From Coriobacteriales bacterium (GTDB taxonomy: Bacteria; Actinomycetota; Coriobacteriia; Coriobacteriales; QAMH01): 55,930 nucleotides of DNA. Positions 25,445-35,183 of the stretch are shown here, in pieces. A model generated the notes under the pieces. The model saw nothing but the letters and a program-made list of their open reading frames with translations, was not told where the DNA came from and made no database searches. Location: NCBI GenBank assembly GCA_051876105.1, contig JBJEHN010000106.1, positions 1 through 55,930 on the forward strand, given 5' to 3'. A program made the position numbers and the translations under genes. Numbering within the stretch: the stretch's first letter is position 1; every line of letters begins with the position of its first letter.

Positions 25445-26851
25445 CTACGGGGTGTAGAGGCGGTAGCCGTTGCGGCCCTCGCGCTTTGCGGAGTAGAGCA
25501 TCTTGTCGGCGCGGGCGAAGAGGTCGTGGTAGCTGATGTCGCAGTCGTCAACCGGCACCACGCCAGCGCTCAAGGTCACCGGGGGCTCGATCCCGTTTTG
25601 GAACGAGAACTCCGCCACGGCATGCTGGCAAGCCCCGATCCGCTGCGCCAGCTCCTCGTAGGCGCTGCCCAGGCTGCCGCGCAAGAAGACCACGAACTCG
25701 TCGCCGCCGATGCGCCCGGCTATGTCGCCTTCCCCGCACATGCCCAGTATCGCCTGCGCAACGGCCACGAGCAGTTTGTCCCCCATGAGGTGGCCGTAGG
25801 TGTCGTTCACATTCTTGAACTTATCCACATCCACCACCAGCAGGGCGCATTGCTGCCCTGGCTCGCGGCCCGCCAGCGCGGCGGTCACCAGCTCCTCGGT
25901 TGTTCCGCGGTTGAAGATGCCGGTGAGCGAGTCGTGCTGGGCGCGGCTGCGCAGCTCGCGCTCGCGGCGCATGGCGTCCTTCTGCTGGTCGATGTTGCGT
26001 ACGCAGACCAGCGCGATGCGCTTGCCCTCGCCGTTGGCAACGCGGGTGATCGCAAAGCTTGTCCAACGGTAGGTCTCTGCGTCGCCTTCGTCGCGCACGC
26101 GCAAGTCAAAGGAGATGAGCTTGTCCGGGTCCTCACTGAAGAGACGGCGGATGATCTGCTTGGTGTTGGTGTTGCCCCAGTAGAGCTGCTTGTCGTCCTT
26201 GTGAACGCGCCGCGAATAGGCGTAGAAGCCCGTCTTCTGGCGGCGATGCTCGCAGCCACAGCTGCCGGCCTCGCCGGGCACCGAGTCCTCGCGGCAGAAG
26301 AGCAGCTCGACCACGCCCGTATCCAGATCGAGGGTGAAGGCCTCGTCGAAGAGGGCCTCGAGCGAGTTGATGTACTGAACGCGCTGGAGGTCGCGCTGGG
26401 CGTGGGCGCGGTGCGAGAAGTTGTTCACCGCCAGGTAGAGCAGCGGCCCTTGCCCGGTGGCGCCCACCTTCTGCAGGCAGGCGTAGGTGACGAGGTAGCT
26501 TTCCTGCGTGGCGCGGCCGCTGCCGCCCTCGTCGACGCGCCAGGCGGCGTCTACACTCACGGACTCCGAACCCTCAGCAGCTTGGCGGCAGGCCTCCACA
26601 AAGCGCGGACGATCGAAGCGGGTGAGCAGCATGAAGAAGTTGGCGCGCACCTCCTCGCGCCCCAGGCCGCTGGCAAAGAGCCGCTCGAAGCGCTCGTCCC
26701 ACAGCACAGCCTGGGCGGTGCCGTCGCCTCTCAGCAGCAAGACGGCCGCGCCGTTCAGGAAGTGCCCCGCAAGGGCATAGGCGTCCCCTGCGTGCTCCCA
26801 CGCACGGGCGAACTCCGGTGCACAGCAGCTCAAGACCTCAGCACTGTCCAT
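25445..26851 (-). CDS. Diguanylate cyclase (sensor + GGDEF)
   Basis: 'HDSLTGIFNR', 'DVDKFKNVNDTYGH', intact 'RIGGDEF', 'ADKMLYSAK'; start at 26851 (alternative 26869). Confidence 0.9.
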   Translation of the reverse strand: MDSAEVLSCCAPEFARAWEHAGDAYALAGHFLNGAAVLLLRGDGTAQAVLWDERFERLFASGLGREEVRANFFMLLTRFDRPRFVEACRQAAEGSESVSVDAAWRVDEGGSGRATQESYLVTYACLQKVGATGQGPLLYLAVNNFSHRAHAQRDLQRVQYINSLEALFDEAFTLDLDTGVVELLFCREDSVPGEAGSCGCEHRRQKTGFYAYSRRVHKDDKQLYWGNTNTKQIIRRLFSEDPDKLISFDLRVRDEGDAETYRWTSFAITRVANGEGKRIALVCVRNIDQQKDAMRRERELRSRAQHDSLTGIFNRGTTEELVTAALAGREPGQQCALLVVDVDKFKNVNDTYGHLMGDKLLVAVAQAILGMCGEGDIAGRIGGDEFVVFLRGSLGSAYEELAQRIGACQHAVAEFSFQNGIEPPVTLSAGVVPVDDCDISYHDLFARADKMLYSAKREGRNGYRLYTP

Positions 26852-26903
26852 CAAAGTCTCCTCCCCCATTCAGTCTGCGCGCCGCATGAAGCAGCGGCGA
26901 GGC

Positions 26904-28565
26904 TTACGCGTACGCCTCTTCGAAACTGGTAAGCGACAACGGACGCGAAAAGAAGTAGCCCTGGATGCAGTCGATGCCGCAGGCGCGTACGGCATCGCGC
27001 TGCTGGGCGGTCTCAACGCCTTCAGCGCAGGTGCTGGCACCGCAGGCCTCGGCGAGGCTGTTCATCGTGGTGACGAACTGCGTGGTCTTGAGGTCGCCAA
27101 CCATGTTGTCCACGAACGACTTGTCCACCTTCACCACGTCAAAGCTCAGCGAGTTGAGGATCTCGAGCGAGGAGTAGCCGGTACCGAAGTCGTCGATGGC
27201 AAAGCGCACACCCACCCCGCGCAGCTGCGAGAGGATGAGCGCGAGGCGGGCCTTGTCGATGAGGCGGCAGCGCTCCGTGATCTCCAGGCAGAGGCTGCGC
27301 GCGGGGTAGCCGGTCTGCTTGAGCAGGCGCACCACCATCTCCACGAAGTCCGGCTGCTGCATCTGGCGGTACGAGAGGTTCACGCTCAAGGTGAAGGCGG
27401 GGTTGTTGAGGGCCAGGTGGAGCATGTCCTGCATAGCGCGGCCCAGAATCCACTCGCCCAGGCGGACGAAGAGCGGGTCGTTTTCGATGAGGGGGATGAA
27501 GCGCCCCGGTGGGACGAGGCCGTAGTCCGGGCTCTCCCAGCGCAGCAGGGCCTCGGCACCGCGCAAGGTGCCGTCCGCCGCGCCAACGATGGGCTGGTAG
27601 TGGAGCATGAAGCCGCGGCAGCCCTGCTCGATGCTCAAGCGCACGGAGTTGAGGATGGCGAGCATGCTCACGTTGTCCTCGTTCATGCCGTTGCTGAAGA
27701 GCATCAGCTCGCCGCCGCGCTGCGTTTTCGAGCAGCTGGCGCAGTGCTCCAGGCAGGGCAAGACGGTGCCGGGTGCCTCTGTGAAGTCTGCCAGGTCGAG
27801 CGCGCTGCCGTAGAGCGTGAGCATGGGACGGTAGCCGTCGACCTCGAGCTCGTACGCCACGCGCTTGCGGAGCCTCTCATAGCGCTCCGCAAGCTCGCCA
27901 AAGGGGATGGATTGCGTTAGCAGGACGAAGCGCACGCCGTCGATGCGGAAGAGCATGCCCTCGTCCTTGAACTCGCGGCGCAGGGTCTGCACGAGCTTGT
28001 GGATGACCACGTTGCCAAAGCCGTAGCCCCACATGTCGTTGATGGCAGAGAAGCGCGAGACGGCCACCAGCAGCAGGCACGCGCTGCGGCGGGCGGCGAA
28101 GAGCTCCTCGACCTGCTCGAAGAGGCCGTACTGGTTGAGGAAGCCGGTGAGCTTGTCTGCGCTATCCACAGAGCCGTTGTCGCGGATGATGCCCATGAAG
28201 AAGTCAGGCCTTCCGTGCTCGTCGCACAGGGCCGTGCCGCGCCCCGTACAGACGACGTAGGTGCCGCTGGCATCGAGCGCTCGGTACTGCATGTCGTAGC
28301 TGGGGGTCAGGCCGTTGAAGACGGCGTCGAGGCGGCCGCGGTAGACCTCCTTGTCGTCCGGGTGGACGTGCTCGCCCCAGACGGCGCCGGCGTTGTGCAT
28401 GAACTCCCCCGGCAGCCCAAAGCGGCGCACCGCGCTCGATGACCAACGCGAGTAGTCGTTGCGAACGTCGCACACGAAGATGAAGCCGTTCTCTGCCACG
28501 GACTCAACGGCGTGGAAGAGCTGGTTGAGCTCGTTGAGGCGGCGCGGTTCTATCTCGGCATCCAT
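26904..28565 (-). CDS. PAS + degenerate GGDEF + EAL phosphodiesterase
   Basis: 'VHPDD' PAS, degenerate 'RIDGVRF', 'YQPIV...EALLRW', 'DDFGTGYSSL', 'AEGVET', 'QGYFFSRP'. Confidence 0.9.
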   Translation of the reverse strand: MDAEIEPRRLNELNQLFHAVESVAENGFIFVCDVRNDYSRWSSSAVRRFGLPGEFMHNAGAVWGEHVHPDDKEVYRGRLDAVFNGLTPSYDMQYRALDASGTYVVCTGRGTALCDEHGRPDFFMGIIRDNGSVDSADKLTGFLNQYGLFEQVEELFAARRSACLLLVAVSRFSAINDMWGYGFGNVVIHKLVQTLRREFKDEGMLFRIDGVRFVLLTQSIPFGELAERYERLRKRVAYELEVDGYRPMLTLYGSALDLADFTEAPGTVLPCLEHCASCSKTQRGGELMLFSNGMNEDNVSMLAILNSVRLSIEQGCRGFMLHYQPIVGAADGTLRGAEALLRWESPDYGLVPPGRFIPLIENDPLFVRLGEWILGRAMQDMLHLALNNPAFTLSVNLSYRQMQQPDFVEMVVRLLKQTGYPARSLCLEITERCRLIDKARLALILSQLRGVGVRFAIDDFGTGYSSLEILNSLSFDVVKVDKSFVDNMVGDLKTTQFVTTMNSLAEACGASTCAEGVETAQQRDAVRACGIDCIQGYFFSRPLSLTSFEEAYA

Positions 28566-28664
28566 GCGGCTGTGCCCCCAGATCCTTTGAGAGACATTTA
28601 TTCTCGAATGGGAATTATAGTAGAACAAGAAGAGAGCGAGGCGCGCGGCCTGACCTGGCAGCGC

Positions 28665-29243
28665 TTATAGGCAGCTGAGCACGAGGAGCGCGGCCGCAAG
28701 GACGGTGCAGGTGATAACAACAGCCTTGAAGGGGGTGCGGGCGGCTGGCGGCAGGCTGATGTCGCGCGTGAGCGACTTGACGCCGGTGCAGAGGTGGATG
28801 CTCAGGAATACGGCGGCACAGACCATGGCCAGGCAGCTGAGCGGGGCGGCGGTCTGGGCGGGGACGGGAGCGAGCAGGCACAGCGAGAGCTGGTGCGCGG
28901 CGACGGCAGCGGCGAGCAGCACGCCGGTGAGCCATTTGAGCTTTTGGTGGGATCTCTTGCGCTCGCTGGCGGGGCGCACCGTGTCTGTGAACATGGTGTA
29001 GGTGGTAGCGGCGCTCAGGGCAACGTGCACGGCAACAGCCGCAGCGCCCACCCACACGACCCAGACGAAGCGCGAGGGCATGCCCGGCCACAGCATGAGC
29101 AGCGCACCGAGGACGACGTGCACGCAGAAGAGCAGCGAGAGCGCGGCAGCCAGCCAGCCGTTGGCGACGCGCGCCGGCGAGTGCGCATACTCGCGGTGGC
29201 CTTCGCGCTGTGTTTCCCCAGCCACCTCTCCCCTCCTGTTCAC
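28665..29243 (-). CDS. Membrane protein, possible cytochrome b-type anchor of the sdh-like operon
   Basis: About 5 TM helices containing His residues; downstream of the sdhB remnant. Confidence 0.65.
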   Translation of the reverse strand: MNRRGEVAGETQREGHREYAHSPARVANGWLAAALSLLFCVHVVLGALLMLWPGMPSRFVWVVWVGAAAVAVHVALSAATTYTMFTDTVRPASERKRSHQKLKWLTGVLLAAAVAAHQLSLCLLAPVPAQTAAPLSCLAMVCAAVFLSIHLCTGVKSLTRDISLPPAARTPFKAVVITCTVLAAALLVLSCL

Positions 29244-29264
29244 AACAGCCGTTCCAGCAGCAGT

Positions 29265-29560
29265 TTAGCGCCGCCAGAGCGCGGCGGCGTTGCTGCGGCT
29301 GATAAGCTCTTGCAGCGGCAGCTTGGCGGGGCACACGTCCTCGCAGGCCAGGGACTTGCCGCAGCCCTCGTAGAAGCCCTTGAGGTGCTGCTTGCGCACG
29401 GCGCTGCGGTGCTCGCTGCCGCGCGGCTCGGCCGAAAGCGGGCCGAAGGCAGCAGCGGCGGCCATGGCCCCGGTGAAGCTGCCTTCTGCATTGAAGTTGG
29501 GGCAGGCCTCGAGGCAACAGCCGCAGGCCAGGCAGCCGTTTGCCTCCGTCCGCAGCTCGC
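29265..29560 (-). pseudogene. sdhB: 3' remnant of succinate dehydrogenase/fumarate reductase Fe-S subunit
   Basis: CLACGCCLEACPN ... GCGKSLACEDVCP present; N-terminal 2Fe-2S domain and start codon absent. Confidence 0.75.
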
Positions 29561-30307
29561 GGCCTCCGTCATCAGCAGGGCCTTGCCGCTGCGTACGACC
29601 GCGGTGGGGTGGTACTGGATGAACTCGAGGTTGGAGAACTCGATGCCCAGACGCAGCAGCTCGGCCTGGACGCTGCCGCTGTTGAGCTTGGAACCCGTGA
29701 TCACGGGGAACATGCCACCCATGCCGCCACAGGCGATGATGACAGCGTCTGCGGGGAGATCCTCGTCGCGGCCGCTCCAGAGGTCGCGCACGCGCACGCC
29801 GCAGCAGCGGCCCTGGGCGGTGAGCAGGGTTTGGAAGCTGTGGCGGCTCAGGCGCTGCACCGTGCCGGCGGCCTCGTAGGGGCGCAGCTGCTGGATGAGC
29901 ACCGCCATGATCTGCTTGCCCGTCTGGCTCTTGGCGAAGACGGTGCGGGCCTCGCTCTGGCCGCCGAAGGGGCGCTGGGCAAGCTCTCCGCCCGCGAGGT
30001 TGAAGCCCGCACCGGAGCGCTCCAGCCACTCCACGATGCCCGGCGCGGCCTGCGCCATGCGCTCCACGTCTTCCTGCACTGCCAGACCGGCTGCAGAAGA
30101 GAGCGTGTCTGCCGCGTGGATGGAGGCCGAGTCGCCATGATGGGCGCTGTCGAGCGCGGCGTTGATGCCGCCCTCCGCCATCACAGACTGCGCGCGCTCC
30201 GAGGGCGCGTTGGAGACGAGCTGCACCTGCACGCCCTGCTGGGCCAGGTTGATCGCCGCGCTGCAACCGGCAAGGCCCGCGCCGACTACCGCCACCTTCA
30301 TGCTCAT
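29556..30307 (-). pseudogene. sdhA: 5' remnant of succinate dehydrogenase/fumarate reductase flavoprotein
   Basis: VVGAGLAG, SVMAEGGINAA, QRPFGG, LEFIQYHPT; homology stops at LMTEAA, about 250 aa in. Confidence 0.75.
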
Positions 30308-30837
30308 ACCCACATCACCTTCGCATACATGCAAAACGCCAGCGCGCAGACGAGCGCCAGCAGGGCCAACAGGGTTTGGACGGCGCGCAGGGGGCCCTTG
30401 CCGGCAGTGATGCCCAGCGAGAGCGCCAGCGCGGGCGCGCTCGTTACCAGGTGAACGCCCAGGCATGCCACGAACAGCAGCGAAAGGCCCAAGCGCACAG
30501 GGTCCCAGGCGAAGAGCTCGTAGCCGTTTGCGGTGACCCCGCCGAACGAGCCGGCGTGCCAGAAGACGATTGCTACCACGCCCAAGGCGCTGATGCGCTG
30601 CGCCCAGAAGCGCTTGTTAAGCGCCGGGTGCATGAAGACGGCGGCGCCGCGGCAGCTACGGATAAAGAAGACGATGCCCAGCAGCAAGTGGAGCGCGATG
30701 AGCACGACCGCTATGCGTGCGAAGAGCTTGAGGACCGGGACATAGCCTCCTGTGAGCAGCATGTAGCAGCCCAGCACAACGTGGATGACGATCACCACGT
30801 AGAGGGCCGCCCCCAAGAGAGCGTTCAACCTTCTCAC
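30304..30837 (-). CDS. Membrane protein, possible cytochrome b-type subunit
   Basis: About 5 TM helices with His, 'QRISA' motif; GTG after GGGAGG; ATGA overlap with the sdhA remnant. Confidence 0.7.
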   Translation of the reverse strand: MRRLNALLGAALYVVIVIHVVLGCYMLLTGGYVPVLKLFARIAVVLIALHLLLGIVFFIRSCRGAAVFMHPALNKRFWAQRISALGVVAIVFWHAGSFGGVTANGYELFAWDPVRLGLSLLFVACLGVHLVTSAPALALSLGITAGKGPLRAVQTLLALLALVCALAFCMYAKVMWV

Positions 30838-30985
30838 ATGCGCCTCCCTGGCGTACGGTGTGTTCGATGTGAGTAGTCTAGCGGTAAATCCGCAGGTCAA
30901 CAGCCACATCCTGCAATCTCCGCACCAAACGCCCCTCCCCTGCGCGCTGGCTTGGCGCGCCTGCGCAGCTGCGAGGTGATTGCCG

Positions 30986-31660
30986 CTAGCAGCTGTTGCG
31001 CATGCGCAGCTCCCCGCGCTGCCAGGCGGCGAAGATGGGATCGTAGAGGTTGATGAGCAGACCCTTGTAGTCGGGGCACCAGCCCTGCAAGAAGGCGATC
31101 ATCTCCTGCGTGTTGAAGCGCGCGAGGAAGCGGGCTTCCTCTAGGAGCTGCCGCAGCCACGCATCGATGTAGTCGAGGCCCTGGAGCTCTTCGCTGATGG
31201 GCGCGGAAAGCGGGTAGTCGATGCTTGCGGACACCTCGTGGGCGGCGAAGAAGGCGTCGTAGGCGCGCGGCAGCTCGCCGATGCTTGCCAGCGTGTCGCG
31301 CAGGGCGATGTTATTCAGCGGCGGCATGGCGGCCACGGCCTCCTGCCACAGACTCATCGTGGCGTCCATTCGAGCACAAAGCTCCTGGCGGCGCTGCGTC
31401 CACAGCCCCACGACGTCCTCGCTCGCCAAGGCGCGCAGGAGGGCCTTCTCGCTGGCAGCCTGCCCGCTGCCGAGCACGTAGAGCACAGAGTTCGCCAGCC
31501 CTGCGGCCTCTGCGGCAGACACGCTGCTCGACTCGCCGCAGGTGTAGAGGCTGCAGACATGCTGCATGAGCTCGGCAAAGCCGCGTTGCGAGGCCTCCAG
31601 CAGGCCCTCGTCCTGCAGCGCCAACCCGCCGGGGCTGGCAGCACTCGCACGATCACTCAT
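30986..31660 (-). CDS. DUF6179-like protein
   Basis: 'YTCGESSSV...A..L..SVLYVL', 'YDAFFAAHEV..SIDYPL', 'GLDYI', 'LLINLY'; recalled family pattern. Confidence 0.65.
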   Translation of the reverse strand: MSDRASAASPGGLALQDEGLLEASQRGFAELMQHVCSLYTCGESSSVSAAEAAGLANSVLYVLGSGQAASEKALLRALASEDVVGLWTQRRQELCARMDATMSLWQEAVAAMPPLNNIALRDTLASIGELPRAYDAFFAAHEVSASIDYPLSAPISEELQGLDYIDAWLRQLLEEARFLARFNTQEMIAFLQGWCPDYKGLLINLYDPIFAAWQRGELRMRNSC

Positions 31661-32204
31661 AGTCGTCCTCCCAGCGCTCGCCCAGCCAGCCCTCGGCTGT
31701 GATGTCGTCATGCCATTCCTGCGGCTCCCAGCGATAGACGCGACCCTCGTCGTCGACAAGCTCGTATGCGGCGAGCTCGTCGTGCATGGCGGCCGCGCTC
31801 AGCGCATCTGCAGCCAGAGACGCCGCCAGCTCCACGCTGCCCGCCGCCTCGCCGTTGTACGCGCGCCTGAGCTCGCTGAGGATCTGCTGGTCGCTGACCT
31901 GCGCGGCGTTGTCCTCCCTCAGCTCGTAGAACGCGGCCAACAGCTCGTGCAGGAGGGCTTCTGCGTTTTCGCGCTGCACATACGGCGAGCTGGCGAACTC
32001 GGTGACCAGCGCATCGAGCGCACCCGGACCAAAGCACACGCGCTGTGACGCAGCTAGCGCCTCGCGCTCAGCGCAAGCGAGCGATGCTACCTGAGCGCCT
32101 GAAAGCGCGATCCCCGCCTCGCTGAGCGCTGTGCGCGCCGCGCTGCCAAGAGCCGCGCCGCCGGCAGCGCTCCCCAACACCTGCAATAAGCCCAGATCAG
32201 CCAT
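31653..32204 (-). CDS. DUF6323-like protein
   Basis: 'RVCFG..ALDAL...FASSPYV...L.EL...FY'; overlaps its usual partner gene. Confidence 0.65.
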   Translation of the reverse strand: MADLGLLQVLGSAAGGAALGSAARTALSEAGIALSGAQVASLACAEREALAASQRVCFGPGALDALVTEFASSPYVQRENAEALLHELLAAFYELREDNAAQVSDQQILSELRRAYNGEAAGSVELAASLAADALSAAAMHDELAAYELVDDEGRVYRWEPQEWHDDITAEGWLGERWEDDYE

Positions 32205-32490
32205 ACCCCCACCTTCCCCGAGAAATGCGGTCAAGGCTTAATACAGCTGGAAACCCGCTAACGCAAGACTGGAATTGCGCCCCAACATGCGCGTTGGCAC
32301 GCTCAAACGCGAAATACTGGGCGCTGTCAGACCACAACGCATACATACCGACCAGGCTCTGTGCCCGTTGCCGCAGGCTCTAACCTCGCTGTGTGGACAC
32401 GCATGTGGCTCTCTACAGCCTGTTCAAATCCCTTCCCCGTGAGTACCATATCCCTTAGAGCTACCCATATCGAGGGAAAGGGAGCGAGCC

Positions 32491-32901
32491 ATGAGGGGAC
32501 TTGCTTCTAGGGGTGCTGGGCAGGCAAGGGACGCCCAGCGCGCCGGCGAGGAGCGGCGCACGATCCGCTCTGTCTGCGGCGGCTGCCACAACTGCTGCCC
32601 CATCAACGTCGAGGTCCAGGACAACCGCGTGCTCCGTGTGAGCGGCGTGCCGGGCGACCCGCGCACCGGCGGTGCCATCTGCTCGAAGGGGCAGGCCGGC
32701 CCGCAGATCGCGCACGACCCGCGTCGCCTACTCTACCCCGTGCGGCGCGCAGGCGAGCGCGGCGAGGGCAAGTGGAAGCGCGTGAGCTGGGACGATGCGC
32801 TCGACCCCATTTCGAGTCAGGCCAACTACACCATGTGCTTGGGGCGCGTGGACAAGATCGTCGGGGACGCCGCTCGCGGCGGCCGTGGGGAGAGGAGCTA
32901 G
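32491..32901 (+). pseudogene. Internally deleted Mo-oxidoreductase catalytic subunit
   Basis: N-terminal CGGCHNCC...CSKG...SWDDALD joined in frame to a C-terminal-type 'DPISSQANYTMCLGRVDK'; only 136 aa. Confidence 0.75.
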
Positions 32902-32904
32902 GCC

Positions 32905-33432
32905 ATGCAGTACGGATTCCACTTTGATGTGAAGCGCTGCGCGCAGTGCTTTGCCTGCGAGGTCGCCTGCAAGTCCGCCTACGGCGAGCGCCCGTACGTG
33001 ACCGAGGAGCCCGGCTCCTGCGGGCCGCGTCGCCGCCAGGTGGTGGAGCTGATGAGTGAGGACGGGCCCACGCCCATCCAGTACATCTCGATGGCCTGCA
33101 TGCACTGCGGCGATGCAGCCTGCCTCAACGTGTGCCCGGCGCGCGCCATCTACCGCGATCCGCAGTTCGGCGCGGTGCTGGTTGACCACAGCCGCTGCCT
33201 GGGCTGCCGCTACTGCAGCTGGGCCTGCGAGTTCGGCGCGCCGCAGTTTGGCCGCGACGGGCTGATGGTCAAGTGCGATATGTGCATCGACCGCCTGCGT
33301 GAGGGCCTGCAGCCCGCCTGCGTCGAGAGCTGCTGCGGCGGCGCGATCACGCTGGGACCTGTCGAGGGCGGCCTCAACCCTGTGCGCGAGAAGGCCGCAA
33401 AGCGTTTGTCTGCCGCAGAGAGACTGCTGTAG
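32905..33432 (+). CDS. 4Fe-4S dicluster subunit (DmsB-like)
   Basis: CAQCFACEVAC, CMHCGDAACLNVCP, CLGCRYCSWAC, KCDMC...CVESC. Confidence 0.9.
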   Translation: MQYGFHFDVKRCAQCFACEVACKSAYGERPYVTEEPGSCGPRRRQVVELMSEDGPTPIQYISMACMHCGDAACLNVCPARAIYRDPQFGAVLVDHSRCLGCRYCSWACEFGAPQFGRDGLMVKCDMCIDRLREGLQPACVESCCGGAITLGPVEGGLNPVREKAAKRLSAAERLL

Positions 33433-33440
33433 GTCCCGGG

Positions 33441-34433
33441 ATGGGTGGAGTGCGAAACCAAGAGCACGTGAGTGAGGCACCGCTGGTGCTGTTCACAGTG
33501 TGCGTGCCGGCTGCGGTGGGCGTGGCCGGCTGCGCGCTGCTGCTGGGGGGCGGGCTGCCCTTCGCGGTGCTGGCACTGCTGCTTGCAAGCGCCGGCATGG
33601 CGGGCTCTGTCTTCCATCTGGCCCGTCCGCTGCGAGCGCCGGGCAGCCTCCGCAACCTGCCGCGTTCTGCGCTCAGCCAAGAGATCGGCGCTGTCATAGC
33701 CTTCTGGGCCCTGCTGTGTCTGTGGCTTGCGGCGCTGGCTATACAGCCCCTTGCTTGCAGCGCCCTTGCCGCGGCAGGCCCCGGGCAGGAGCTGCCGCTG
33801 TGGGCCGGCGTGCCCTGGGGCGCTGTTGCCGTTGCGATGTGCGCCCTGGCAACGCTGTGGGGTGCATGCCTGCTGTGGGTGATCAACCGCGCTTATCGCG
33901 TCGAGACCCGCCCCGCTTGGGACGGCCCTGAGGGCCTCATGGAGCTTGCCGGCATCGCCTGTGGCTGCGGCGGGGCGCTGTACGCTCTGCTGCGATGCGC
34001 GCTGGCAGTGGCCGGCGGCACCTGGGGCGGTGGCGGCGTGGGTGCCGTTGCCCCCCTGGACCCTGCGGTCCCTGCAGTTGCAGCGCTGCTGGCCGTTGCA
34101 GCCGCCGTGCTCCAGGTGGCAGCTCACACGCGCCGCAAGGCCCGCATGAAAGCCCAGTCCTCTTCCAACGAGAAGGACGTGCGCACCGCCTTGACCCTGG
34201 AGAACATGACGGCGCTTGAGCCAAAGGCGCTCTTCGCTCTGTGCCTGAGCACCGCCGCAGCTGCGCTGGAGCTCTGCGCTGCCCTGCTCGCCTTCGCGCC
34301 ATCCTTCGCCTGGCCGCTGCTTTTGAGCTGGGTGCTCCTCTCCTTGCTGCAGCTGGCGGCTGCCGTCTTGCAGCGCACGCGCTTCTACCAGCTCCCCGCA
34401 GTGGTGAGGTGCGTGCCGCCCCTGCGCAAGTAG
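33441..34433 (+). CDS. DmsC-like membrane anchor
   Basis: 'EAPLVLFTV', 'SVFHLARPLRA...LRNL..SALSQEI', 'RTRFY'. Confidence 0.8.
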   Translation: MGGVRNQEHVSEAPLVLFTVCVPAAVGVAGCALLLGGGLPFAVLALLLASAGMAGSVFHLARPLRAPGSLRNLPRSALSQEIGAVIAFWALLCLWLAALAIQPLACSALAAAGPGQELPLWAGVPWGAVAVAMCALATLWGACLLWVINRAYRVETRPAWDGPEGLMELAGIACGCGGALYALLRCALAVAGGTWGGGGVGAVAPLDPAVPAVAALLAVAAAVLQVAAHTRRKARMKAQSSSNEKDVRTALTLENMTALEPKALFALCLSTAAAALELCAALLAFAPSFAWPLLLSWVLLSLLQLAAAVLQRTRFYQLPAVVRCVPPLRK

Positions 34434-34544
34434 GAAGGGCGCCGTGGTCGACGCGCTGGAAATCGGATATGCGATCAAGGACCGCAGGGGCGGGTTTAGC
34501 GGGTATGCTCTGCACGAGTTGCTGAACACGAGGGAGGAGCAAGC

Positions 34545-35003
34545 ATGCAGATTCTCAACAACGAGGGCGGGAAGTACGCCGCCAACATCGTGCAAGACGC
34601 CAGCGGAGGGCCGGGCATGGCACCTGACTTCAAGCCTATCTACGACGCCTTCGCCCAGCGTGTAGCGTGGATCGACGGCAGCGTGTGCCCCGGTGCGTTC
34701 CAGATGAACACGGCCTGGTACCGCGACGTCCCCGGGCGCGACCCCATCTTCGGCGAGCATGTTCACGACGACTGCGACGAGCTCATCGGCTTCTTCGGCA
34801 GCGACCCGGACAACCCCAGCGAGCTCGGCGGCAAGATCGAGTTCACCATCGGCGGCGAGCCCCACCTGCTCACCAAGTCGAGCATCATCTTCGTGCCGGC
34901 GGGCACTGCCCACAACCCCATGCGCATCCTGGAGGTCGAGCGCCCCATCTTCCACTTCAGTGTGGTGACCAAGCGCTCCTACACCACCGACATCTACAAG
35001 TAG
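34545..35003 (+). CDS. Cupin-fold protein
   Basis: HVH..CDELIGFFGSDP...IFVPAGTAHNP; GGAGG RBS. Confidence 0.8.
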   Translation: MQILNNEGGKYAANIVQDASGGPGMAPDFKPIYDAFAQRVAWIDGSVCPGAFQMNTAWYRDVPGRDPIFGEHVHDDCDELIGFFGSDPDNPSELGGKIEFTIGGEPHLLTKSSIIFVPAGTAHNPMRILEVERPIFHFSVVTKRSYTTDIYK

Positions 35004-35102
35004 GGCAAAGCGGTGAGCGGAGAGGGTTTTCGTCCCCACCCAGGGCGAGGTGTAGCGCCAGCTCGCGAGTTGGCAAGCTCCAACAACAATTAAAGCTTAG
35101 GC

Positions 35103-35152
35103 TTGAAACGAACAGAAGTTCGTGTATACTGTCGTTATCGAACAGATGTTCC
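35103..35152 (+). promoter_or_regulatory. Sigma70-type promoter with two LexA (SOS) boxes
   Basis: TTGAAA (35103) N16 TATACT (35125); CGAACAGAAGTTCG (35109-35122) and CGAACAGATGTTCC (35139-35152). Confidence 0.75.
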
Positions 35153-35183
35153 TGTTGTGCATCCAAGAGAGCGGGAGGACCTG

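Noticed and set aside
29540-29575. Programmed frameshift or selenocysteine readthrough joining sdhA and sdhB
   Set aside because: Hundreds of residues of both subunits are missing; no slippery site or in-frame TGA at a catalytic position
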